64,000 nucleotides of DNA from positions 226,176,001-226,240,000 of the forward strand of contig OZ024742.1 in the NCBI GenBank assembly GCA_964016885.1, in the 5' to 3' direction. The notes beneath the pieces were generated by a model. That model was given only the letters and a program-made list of their open reading frames with translations. It did no database searches and was not told the DNA's origin. Positions 50,239-61,826 of this stretch are shown here, piece by piece (the stretch's first letter is position 1; every line of letters begins with the position of its first letter). The DNA comes from Eledone cirrhosa. Taxonomy: Eukaryota. Made by a program: the position numbers and the translations under genes.

Positions 50239-51405
50239 ACCCTAGGTAACAGTTGACAATGATACTACTACACCAGTCATTAGATATGATACCTCTCTCT
50301 CTCTCTCTCTTTACCCTAGGTAGCAGATGACAATGATACTACTACACCAGTCATTAGATATGATAGCTCTCTCTCTCTCTCTCTTTACCCTAGGTAACAG
50401 TTGACAATGATACTACTACACCAGTCATTAGATATGATACCTCTCTCTCTCTCTCTCTCTTTACCCTAGGTAACAGTTGACAATGATACTACTACACCAG
50501 TCATTAGATATGATACCTCTCTCTCTCTCTTTACCCTAGGTAACAGTTGACAATGATACTACTACACCAGTCATTAGATATGATACCTCTCTCTCTCTCT
50601 TTACCCTAGGTAACAGTTGACAATGATACTACTACACCAGTCATTAGATATGATACCTCTCTCTCTCTCTCTCTCTCTTTACCCTAGGTAGCAGATGACA
50701 ATGATACTACTACACCAGTCATTAGATATGATAGCTCTCTCTCTCTCTCTCTTTACCCTAGGTAACAGTTGACAATGATACTACTACACCAGTCATTAGA
50801 TATGATACCTCTCTCTCTTTCTTTACCCTAGGAAATGAGTTGACAATGAAACTGCTACACCAGTCATTAGATATGATACCTCTCTCTCTCTCTCTCTCTC
50901 TCTCTTTACCCTAGGTAACAGTTGACAATGATACTACTACACCAGTCATTAGATATGATACCTCTCTCTCTCTCTCTCTTTACCCTAGGTAGCAGATGAC
51001 AATGATACTACTACACCAGTCATTAGATATGATAGCTCTCTCTCTCTCTCTCTTTACCCTAGGTAACAGTTGACAATGATACTACTACACCAGTCATTAG
51101 ATATGATACCTCTCTCTCTCTCTCTCTCTCTTTACCCTAGGTAACAGTTGACAATGATACTACTACACCAGTCATTAGATATGATACCTCTCTCTCTCTC
51201 TTTACCCTAGGTAACAGTTGACAATGATACTACTACACCAGTCATTAGATATGATACCTCTCTCTCTCTCTCTCTCTTTACCCTAGGTAACAGTTGACAA
51301 TGATACTACTACACCAGTCATTAGATATGATACCTCTCTTTCTTTACCCTAGGAAATGAGTTGACAATGAAACTGCTACTAGCCAGTCACAGGGTATGAC
51401 ACTCA
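49350..51405 (-). repeat. Same satellite in opposite orientation (~27 units)
   Basis: TTTACCCTAGGTAACAGTTGACAATGATACTACTACACCAGTCATTAGATATGATACC(TC)n. Confidence 0.97.
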
Positions 51406-51458
51406 GTCTACATTACCTGTTTGACAGTGTGTGTGACATAATACATACACACACATAT

Positions 51459-51490
<32 letters not shown>

Positions 51491-51690
51491 AATATGGTGG
51501 ATAATATGTGAATAGGGGGAAGAGGCGAAGTAAAGAGACGTGTATATGATAGTGTGTTTATTTATGTGTGAGTAAGTATGAAGGACAGGAAAGGAGGATA
51601 GCATATGGTTGATTATGTATGTGATAGAGACAGAAGGATAGTAGATGGTAGGAGCGGGGCAGGGTATATATATATATATATATATACACG

Positions 51691-51746
<56 letters not shown>

Positions 51747-52182
51747 CAGACAGACACACAGAGTGACCAGACAGAGACAGGCTGGCTGACATACAGTCAT
51801 GTATACAGACACACTGGCAGGCTGACGAACAGACATACATACAGACACACAGACAGACTGACTGACACACTGACAGATGGTAGACAAACAAAAGAAAAAA
51901 AAAGTGTGTGTATATGTATGTGACTGCCTGTGTGTTTGTGCATGTATATGTATGTTCGTGTGTGAGAGAGTATATATGTATGGCAGTGTATGTATGCGTG
52001 TGTTTACCGATGTGAGAAACAATAAGCACCTTTTGATCTTAAAAAAATTTAACCAGAAATAATTAGAGGGGGGGACAATACACACACACAGACACACAAT
52101 GCATATGTATATATATATACACATATATATATAAGCAGAATAAATGGAGAAGGCAATACATTCAAAAACAAAATTTACTTCT

Positions 52183-52218
<36 letters not shown>

Positions 52219-52339
52219 TGTATCTCTCATTCCCTGTCCCCTCTCTAATTATTTCTGCTTAAATAGAGAGAGAAATACTCATTATATATAATGAGTATTT
52301 CTCTATTTACAGAGAGAGAGAGAGGTGTATACGCACGAG

Positions 52340-52387
<48 letters not shown>

Positions 52388-52396
52388 ATATATATC

Positions 52397-52427
<31 letters not shown>

Positions 52428-52454
52428 ATATGTATATGTGTGTGTGTGTATATA

Positions 52455-52509
<55 letters not shown>

Positions 52510-53199
52510 GTGTGTGTGTGTGTGTGTGTATATACACATATATATGTGTGTGTGTGTGTATATGTGTGTATGTATATATACTACCTTTTACATACATATA
52601 TATATAGAGATAGGTAAATGTATACAAAATATATAGAGATGTATACGCATTATATATAAATATATCGAGAGAGAGAGAGAGAGAGAGAAAACAAGATGTA
52701 TACACAATATAGAGAGAGAGAGAGAGAAAGAGAGGAGGGAAAGGTATTGGTGAGAATAGAGAACAAAGATATGGTGTTTGTGTGGGAGAGAGAGAGAGAG
52801 AGACGGAAAGACAGACAGTCTGAAGAAAAGACAAACTGAGAGAATGTCTGAGTGTGAAAGAAAGACAGAAACAGAGACAGGCAGACAGGATGTGTAAATG
52901 GGAGAATGTGAAAGACAGAGAGAGAGAGAGACAGACAAGCAGAGGGTAAGCATACGTGAGAGATACGGTGTGCGTGTGTATGTATATAAGCCAAACAGAT
53001 AGAGAGTGTGTGTGTGTGTACACGTGTAAGACAGGCAATGTGTGTGCGAGAAAGAAAGCGAAACTGGCAGACGTGGAGAGAGAAAGAGTGTGTGTGTGTG
53101 TATGTGTGTAGGAGTGAGAAATATGAGGCCTGTTTCTGTTATATAGATTGTAATAGAGATAGACATGAAGAAAGATAGTCAATGTGTGTGTATCAATGT

Positions 53200-53221
53200 A
53201 TACAGTATACATGAGTGTCAG

Positions 53222-53256
<35 letters not shown>

Positions 53257-54380
53257 CGGTATATATGTCCTTATGTATGTGCGTGTGTGTGTGTGTCAGT
53301 ATAATGTCTTTGTGTGTGTGTCAAAGTGAATGCGGTTGTGTATGTGTCAGTATCTACATGTATATGTGTGTGTGTGTGTGTGTCAGTATAATGTCCTTGT
53401 GTATGTGTCAGTGTGTATGTGGTTGTGTATGTGTCAGTATCTATATGTATGTGAGTGCGCGCGTGTATGTCAGTATAATGTCCTTGTGTATGTGGTTGTG
53501 TGTGTGTGCCAGATTCTATATGTATGAGTGCGTGTACGTATGTGTGTGTGTGTGTGTCAGTATGTATATGTATGTGTGTGTGTATGTGTGTATGTCCTTG
53601 TGTATGTGTTTGTGAATGCGCGCGTGTGTGTGTGTCAGTATCTATATCTATGTGAGTGTGTGCGCGAGTATGTCAGTATAATGTCCTTGTGTATGTGTCA
53701 GTGTGTGTGCCAGTATCTATATGTATGTGAGTGCTTGTCTGTGTGTCAGTATAATGTCCTTGTGTATGTGGTTGTGTGTGCCAGTATCTATATGTATGAG
53801 TGCGTGTGTGTGTGTGTCAGTATGTGTATGTATGTGAGTGTGTGTGTGTATGTGTGTCGGTATATATGTCCTTGTGTATGTGTTTGTGTATGCGCTTGTG
53901 TGTGTGTGTGTCAGTATCTATATCTATGTGAGTGTGTGCGCGAGTATGTCAGTATAATGTCCTTGTGTATGTGTCAGTGTGTGTGCCAGTATCTATATGT
54001 ATGTGAGTGCTTGTCTGTGTGTCAGTATAATGTCCTTGTGTATGTGGTTGTGTGTGCCAGTATCTATATGTATGAGTGCGTGTGTGTGTGTGTCAGTATG
54101 TGTATGTATGTGAGTGTGTGTGTGTATGTGTGTCGGTATATATGTCCTTGTGTATGTGTTTGTGTATGCGCTTGTGTGTGTGTGTGTCAGTATCTATATC
54201 TATGTGAGTGTGTGCGCGAGTATGTCAGTATAATGTCTTTGTATATGTGTCAGTGTGTGTGCCAGTATCTATATGTATGTGAGTGCTTGTGTGTGTGTGT
54301 GTGTGAGTGTGTCTGTCAGTATAATGTCCTTGTGTATGTGTTGGTATGTATGTGTGTGTAGCTATGTGTGTCAGTATTTA
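53200..54380. repeat. (TG)-rich minisatellite with ~282-bp higher-order duplication
   Basis: Recurring gtcagtataatgtccttgtgtatgt; block ~53625-53905 repeated at ~53905-54190. Confidence 0.85.
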
Positions 54381-54479
54381 TGTGTATATCTGTATGTAGG
54401 TGTGTGTATCTGTATGTATGTGTGTAGAAAAAAAATGTAAGCATGTTTTTTCTGATAAAAATATAAAGATTAAAGCCGA

Positions 54480-56070
54480 GATTGTGTAGAAAGAAGAGGA
54501 GAATACAGGAGGAGGTGTTTGTATGTATGAGAGAGTGTATGAGTACAGATGTGTTTACGTGTATGCGTGTGTGAGTGTACAGGAGTGTATGTGTATGTTT
54601 GTACAGGAGGATGTGTACAAGAGAATGTATGTATATGTATGTACCAGAGAATGTGTATATGTGTGTGTATAGGAGAGTAAGTATATGTGTGAGTGTTCAG
54701 GAGTGTATGTGTGTACAAGAGAGTATGTGTTTGAACAGGAGAGTGTGTATATGTACATGTGTACAGAAGAGTGTATATGTTTGTATGTGCAGGAAAGTAT
54801 ATATGTATGTCTACAGGAGAGTATGTATATGTGTGCGCACAGGAGAGTGTGTATATGTGTGTGTACACAATAGTATGTATATGTGTGTGTGTGTACAGAA
54901 GAGTGTGTATATGTATGTGTACAGAGTATGTATATGTGTGTGTACAGGAGAGTGTGTATATGTGTGTGTACAGAAGAGTGTGTATATGTGTGTGTACAGG
55001 ATAATGTGTATATGTGTGTGTGTCGGGAGTATGTATATGTGTGTGTACGGAAGATTGTGTATATGTGTGTACGTGTGCGTTCAGGAGAGTATGTATATGT
55101 GTGTGTGTGTACAGATATGTGTGTACAAGAGTGTGTGTTGTGTGTGCAGGAGAGTGTGTATGTGTATATGTGTGTGTATAGGAAAGTGTATGTATGTGTG
55201 TTTACAAGAAAGTCTGTATATGTGTATGTACAGGAGTGTGTATATATGTGAGTATGCAAGAGAATGTATATGTGTGTACAGAAGACGGTGTGTATATGTG
55301 TATGTGAAGGAGGGAGTTTATGTTTGTGTGTGTGTGTATGTTTACAGGAGTGTGTAATATATTGTACAAGAGGGAGTGTGTATGTGTGTGTGTGTGTGTC
55401 CAGGAGAGTGTATATGTGTGTGTATAGAAGAGTGCATATGTGTGTGTGTGTACAGAGGACGAGTGTGTAGGTGTATATGCGTATTATGCAGTAGTGTGTG
55501 TGTGTGTGTGTGCAAGAATATGTGTGTATGTGTACAGCAGACATGAAAGTATGTCTGTGTAAGTTCAATAGACAAAAGAGTTGGAGGGGGTGTACAGAAG
55601 ATTGTATTTGTGTGTATCTGTACGCAAGAGACAAGAGTGTATTATGTGTGTGTTTGTGTAGCTACTAAAGAGTATGTGTATGTTCAAGGAAGATGAGTGT
55701 GTATATACAATGGATAGTGTGTATGTGTGTCTACAACAAACAAGAGAATGTGTGTGGTTGCATGCATTCTTTTATGTGTTTGTGTCTCTGTATGTGTATG
55801 AGACTCTACATTCATATAAGGGCGACTGAGAGAGTATGTTTCTATGAATGTGTGAAAGAGAAAGTGTGTTTATATGAAAATGTGGGAGAGAGAGTGTGTG
55901 TCTTTATCTGAGAATGTAGGAGAGAGAGAGTATGTGTTTATATGAGTGTGGGGGAAAGTATGTGTTTATGTGAGTGTGGGAGAGAGAGTATGTGTTTATG
56001 TGAGTGTGGGAGAGAGAATGTGTGTTTATGTGAGTGTGGGAGAGAGAGAGTGTGTGTTTATGTGTGTGTT
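54480..56070. repeat. Degenerate ~26-bp tgtacaggagagtgtgtatatgtgtg and gtgggagagagagtatgtgtttatgtga tandem repeats
   Basis: Visible periodic motifs in (TG/TA)-rich sequence. Confidence 0.8.
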
Positions 56071-56994
56071 TGGTCGATCTTTTAGAGATCCCTTAATGTT
56101 CCTAAAAATGAGAAAACAAAGACATTATCTAGAGATGAACTTTTCTGAACACACCATTGCATGGGTGGTAATACACCACTATATTAGTGGTAGATTTATC
56201 CCTTCTGAAATCAACCAACACAAAAACTAGCTCTGGTTTTAAGAAATAAGACCAGCCATTTTAAAGTATTCCTATTTAAATTAAAATCCACCAATATCAT
56301 TTGATATTAGGACTCTTTGTTAAGTTGTTACAAATACTATCAAATAGAGTGTATTTCCATAGAAATGTGTTAAAAAAAAATCTTTCAACATAATTTGCTA
56401 TATGAACCCTTTGTTCACTTTTAACATCCTGTAATAATTCAGCAGAAAATATCTAAAAACAGGTTTGTTTATTTATATGCTTATAGTATATTTACTAGTG
56501 GACAGACTGTTGTGGAAATTTGCAGCATTAAAGTAAGACTTTTATGTGTTGTAGTCACTGTGCTGTTTTGTACTTTTCAAGAATGTCTTGCTAGTGTGGT
56601 TTCATGTGGTACAAGACATTGAGAATTATGATACCAATGCCATCTGAATAATAAAATAATTATTTTAGTAGTTCCCTTGAAATTTTTCATTAACTAATTT
56701 TAAATACAGTGTATGTGTTGTAAAGGAAAAAGCGTAGCTCCCCATACAGGTCCTCTCCTGTCATTAATCTTGTTCAGATGGTATATATTCATGAGAGTCC
56801 TACCTACCTAATATCTGGCTAGAACCTAGCGACATTTACCTGAGCTCACATGGCAATCATATCCATTCCACACAACAGCCAAAGGGGAAGGGCCACACAG
56901 GTTGTCCTTCAGCTTATGTGATATCACTGACCCCTACACTTCCAACAAGGCCCTCAGTCCCACAGTATGTCATAGAAATATGGTCACAAAATGG

Positions 56995-58060
56995 TAAATT
57001 CTATCATAGTTTTATGTAAGCACCTTTGTTAAGTTATGTTCCAGACACCAGCTTAATACTGCAACCTCCAAATTTTGGATTATTAAAAAAATTAACTGGA
57101 AATCACAATGTCTTTCATTGGCAATATGGTAGTAAAAGGGTTAAAGTGTTTATATATAAAAACCCTCCATGATAATTCTATGTAAGAACCTTTATTAATT
57201 TATGTTCTAAACACCTTTTTAATAATGATTTCTAGTATAAACACCTTTTTAATAATGAAAAAAGTTTATTAGTAAATCTCTCCAAATATGTGATTATTTA
57301 AAAAATTATTTGAAAATCATAAAAAGTGTCTTTCATTAGAAATATGGTTATGAAAGGGTTAGCAGTACCTCCTGGCTCTTGGTTATCCTTAGTGAAATCC
57401 ACTCTGTTGCAAGTATTTGGATTAGGTCACTGGTTTGAAGATACCTTCCTCATTTCCTACCATCTATCTTGAAGGCCTCTGGAAACATTTTACCTAGAGG
57501 CTCATGAGCTCAGTTACATTAGTGTTAAAAGACTGAGAATATAAGACTTCCTCCTAGCAAGCATGGCAGCCTGTAGCAGGGTTAACCCATCAGCTGTGTA
57601 TACTGTAACAACATGAAATGAAGTGTCTGGCTCAAGAACAAATCATGCTGCCCAGTTTAGGATTGGAATCTATTATGTTATAATAGTGAATACAACACCT
57701 TAACAACTAAACATAACACCTTTCTTCCAAGTAATAAAAAAATACATGAAATGAGTGATAATATATATTTCATATAACTCTTTCATTACATTACAACAAG
57801 TCTAATGGAAGACATTGTTGATGATTTTAAAATGGATAGATTTACTAAGAACTTTTTCTATTATTAAGCTGGTGCTTGAAAAAGGTTTATAGATAAATAT
57901 AGACTAACACTTTCATTACCATATTTCTCATGAAAAGACACTGCCTATTATTTTCAGATAATTTTGAAAATAATCAAGAATTTTATAACTAACTTTCTCA
58001 TTATCAAGCTGGTGTCAGCACCATAAAGGTTTTACACAAAATTATGGTGGAAGATGTTTA
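56995..58060. mobile_element. Three decayed copies of a short element ending AAGGGTTAA (piggyBac-like terminus)
   Basis: tgtctttcatt.g.aatatggt..t.aaagggtta at ~57110-57143 and ~57328-57361; reverse copy at ~57905-58055. Confidence 0.45.
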
Positions 58061-58650
58061 GATAAATATAAACACTTTAAAACAAATAGTTTTGCATTGT
58101 AGAACCAGTGACAATCATCATCATCATTTAACATCCATTTTCCATGCTAGCTTGGGTTAGATGGGTTGTTTCATTAGAGGCAAGTTGTGTCAGGTGACTG
58201 TGTCTTGCTCATACAAATAATTATTATCGGTAATATTTATTGATTAAAATGACACTGTAGAGAGAAGAAACATATGTCTGCGTGAGTGAGTATGTGAGTT
58301 TGTATGAGTGTGTGTGAGTATGTGAGTTTATGTGGTATGTGTGTATGTGTGTGTGTGTTCGTAAGTGTGTACTGTGCTATCTTAAGGCATGAACATGCTG
58401 AGCATTTGCCTTGGCGACCCACCAGATCTAGAGACCCCAGTATATTGCTCTGTTTGGCGACCTACCATGTCTAAGAGTTCAACGCCGATCCATGTATGTT
58501 GCGGTTATGTATGTAGAGGCCCCCAGTACATTGCTTTGTTTTGGAGGTTTGGGGTCACTTTTTTTTGGTGTGTGTGTGGGGAGGGGGGGGGGGTAATGCT
58601 GTTAAGATGGCCTTGTGTATGTGACTGTATTTATAGGTGTGTGTATATAT

Positions 58651-59988
58651 GTATATGCTGATGATCTAACGCTTATAGCTGAATCAATGGCTGAACTAGA
58701 GAAGAAATTCCAAACATGGAAGCAGGGCCTAGAATCAAAAGGCCTTAAAATTAACCTGTCTAAGACTAAAGTTCTAGTATGTAGGAAGGAAAATAGGGCA
58801 CTGGTCCCATCTGGGAAATGGCCATGCTCAGTGTGTAGGAAAGGAGTAGGCAGAAACTCCATTTTATGTCCTAAATGCAAAGTATGGGTGCATAAAAGAT
58901 GTAGTGGAATCACAGGTAAGCTAACTAAGAATATAGATTTTATATGTGGCCGGTACTCAGGTGCAATAAGTAGCAGCAAGTGCCCACAGGATACTAGCTC
59001 ATTCCATTGCACAGATGGTTCTATAGAAATAGTGGACACCTTCTGTTACCTGGGTGACAAAATCAGCGGTGGTGGAGGGTGCTCTGAAAGTACAGTAGCT
59101 AGAGTCAGAACGGGATAGAAAAAGTTCAGAGAGCTTATACCACTATTGGCTGCTAAAGGTTTCTCTCTAAAAATGAAAGGCAGGCTGTATGATGCCTGCA
59201 TATGAACAGCAATGTTACATGGCAGTGAGACTTGGGCATTGTGTGCAGAGGATCTACGCAGACTGGAGAGGAACGAAGCTCGCATGCTCCGCTGGGTGTG
59301 TAATAGTAATATACGTAAACGGCAAAGCATAAATGAACAAAGTGAGAAATTAGGAATAAGAGGGATCAGATGTTGTTTACTCGAGTGAAGACTATGTTGG
59401 TATGGTCATGTGGTGCGCATGAAAGACGACAGCTGTATCAAAAGTGCAGGGCGATCAAAATAGACAGTAGCCACGGAGTAGGCAGACCCAGAAAAACCTG
59501 GGACGATTTGATAAATTCCGACCTCACACACTTACACCTCTCCAAGACAATGTCAATGGACCGAGATCTTTGGCACTACACAGTAATACAGAAGACCCGC
59601 CTTGCCTAAGTGCAAAGCGAAACCTACAGTCAGTAGGCACCTCCTAACCAAAATACACCCCCATCCCACTACCCCCACACCATCCACACCACCCCTTTCG
59701 ATGTAAAGTTATGTTGGTACCACAACATCCAGTCCTAAACAAATGAGGTCGTGTAGGTGTCATGACAAAAAAAACACACAGTCCACGCTGTAATGTGGCC
59801 GTGTAGGTAACACGGTAAAAACCTCCCAGTCCACACTGTAAACGTGGTTGGTGTTAGGAAGGACATCCAGCTGTAGAAAACCTGCCAGATAGTCCTATAC
59901 GAGCAAGACAACCAATCTTGCCTCAAGTGGGAAAATTCCCGTCCAAACCCATGCTAGCGTGGAAGATTAAACGATGATGATGATGATG
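58651..59988 (+). mobile_element. 5'-truncated RTE LINE pseudocopy
   Basis: Starts at YADD; PHD-like insert, FCYLG, GRPRKTW, long UTR, (GAT)n. Confidence 0.93.
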
Positions 59989-59990
59989 TA

Positions 59991-60152
59991 GGTGGCGAAT
60001 TGGCAGAGTTGTTAAGACGTCATATAGAATGCTTTACGGTATTTGTCCCACCTCATTGCGTGCTCTGAGTTCAAATCCCGCCGTGGTCAACTTTGCCTTT
60101 CATTCTTTCAAGGTCGATAAAAAAAAAAGTACCAGTCTCGTACTGGGGGTTG
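59991..60152 (+). mobile_element. SINE A-related copy
   Basis: ggtggcgaattggcagagttg...gagttcaaatcccgccgtggtcaactttgcctttcat...gtcgataaa..agtaccag. Confidence 0.8.
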
Positions 60153-60588
60153 ATTCTTCCTCTATAGAAAAAAATCAGCTGTTTTCAGACCTGGAGAGGG
60201 TTGGGTTCCACCAGGTTTAAAAGTGCCCTAGACCATATGACAGTGCCTCTATGACTCCACAAGGATTTATGGGATCTTTATCCTTTATCTTTATATATGT
60301 ATGTGTGTGAGTGACTGTGTAAGTGTGTGATTGTGTGTCAGTGTGTGTCTGTGTGTGTTACAGTGTGATGGCGTGTGTTAGTGTGTATATGTGTCTTAAA
60401 AGTACATTGTGTGAGAGCAACAGGAAGAGTGAAATGTAAGCCAATGACTCAATTAATGAGGGTTTATAGTAAAAGTCAATGACTGTTTCAGTTTATTGTT
60501 GAGGTCAGTCATTTAGTGTTTTGACTCTTGTTCTTCTATATTACTGTATATATATATATGTGTGTGTGTGTATGCGTGTGTGCGAGTA

Positions 60589-60619
<31 letters not shown>

Positions 60620-61567
60620 TTGTGTGTGTGTGTATGTGTGCATACGAGAGCATGTGTGCATGTGTGTGTGTGTGTAGCAAAATTATCACTGGTAAATCTG
60701 TGGATATGAAACGCAGACCAAAATTGCTGTAATATCCTCACCAGAAATATAGCTATCATGAAACCTAATCAGCCCATCTCCAGTTTCTTTTCTCTCTGAT
60801 CTGTTCATGTTCCCTGTTCCCTCTCAGACACAGGACAAGAGACTTTGGTAGTAGCAGTCACTGATATCCAGTGCTGTCACAGTGAAATCAAGGCATGGTA
60901 CTCACCAAGGTGCTATCTTATCTCAACCAACATCTCTGCATGCACACATTCGCTCACAAATTCCAACACATCACAACAAAATACTCTTATCTATGAACAC
61001 CACATTTAACAAAATGCCCACAAAACACTGTTATAACAAACCTTTTACATATTCCAGTTGCTTCATGGTCTTGTAGAAATCTTGCTAAACAAACAGTTGG
61101 GATGACCCTCAGTTGGGTCAAAAGCATTACAACCTCGCCTGAGCCCTTAATAGAATGTGTGACTATACATAATCACACAAGTCCCTAGCCTGCCTGGAAA
61201 ATTGGTGGCTCTGCTTTGGTACTGACTGGTCTATATGGAACCGTCCAACCCTTGCTAGCAGGGAAAGTGGACATTAAAATGACAATGATAATCATGATCA
61301 TGGTATATATATGTATGTGTATATATATATACATATACATATATGTTAGTTACGTATGTAACTACAGTTACAGACGGATGTGTCACTGCACATATAAACT
61401 CGCATATCTGAGAAGATATCAAAGAAGAGTTGGGCCCCAGTCATTATAATTGTGCCCTGAGCTGATCGATATTGAAATGATTGTAATATGCCAATAAAGT
61501 TTATATATATGCTGCAACAGTGACTTTCATTCTACTTACTTTATATATATATATATATATACATAAT

Positions 61568-61785
61568 ATCATCATCATCATCATCATCGTTTAACGTCCA
61601 TCTTCTACGTTAGCATGGGTTAGACGGGTTTGTCCCACTTGAGGCAAGATTGGTCGGGTGACCATGTCTCATTCATATAGAACTGTCTCTGGCTGGTTTT
61701 CTATGGCTGGATGCCGTTCCTAACCTCAACCACATTTACAGTGTGAACTGGGAGCCTTTTCACCACCGTGTCTCCTACACGACCA
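61568..61785 (-). mobile_element. RTE 3' UTR fragment
   Basis: (CAT)n-cgtttaacgtcc...gcatgggttagacggg, family tail in reverse. Confidence 0.82.
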
Positions 61786-61826
61786 ATATATATACATATA
61801 GATAGATAGATATAGATAGATATAGA

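Larger units (their letters stand above)
38971..51664. repeat. Large inverted duplication (fold-back): unique outer arms 38971-39345 and 51340-51664, satellite inner arms, ~1.9-kb spacer
   Basis: atctactatccttctgtctct...cgtctctttac.tcgcctcttccccctattcacatattatccaccatatt...gtagactgagtgtcata...cagtttcattgtcaactcatttcctaggg appears forward on the left and reverse-complemented on the right, with scattered substitutions and one ~50-bp indel. Confidence 0.92.

Noticed and set aside
39345-51340. CRISPR-like repeat/spacer array
   Set aside because: Spacers are only (GA)n of varying length, the unit derives from RTE coding sequence, the DNA is eukaryotic and there are no cas genes.
51413-56230. Long ORFs up to 359 aa rich in C/V/Y/H/T
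   Set aside because: Produced by (TG)/(TA)/(CA) low-complexity repeats that lack stops; no domain signal.
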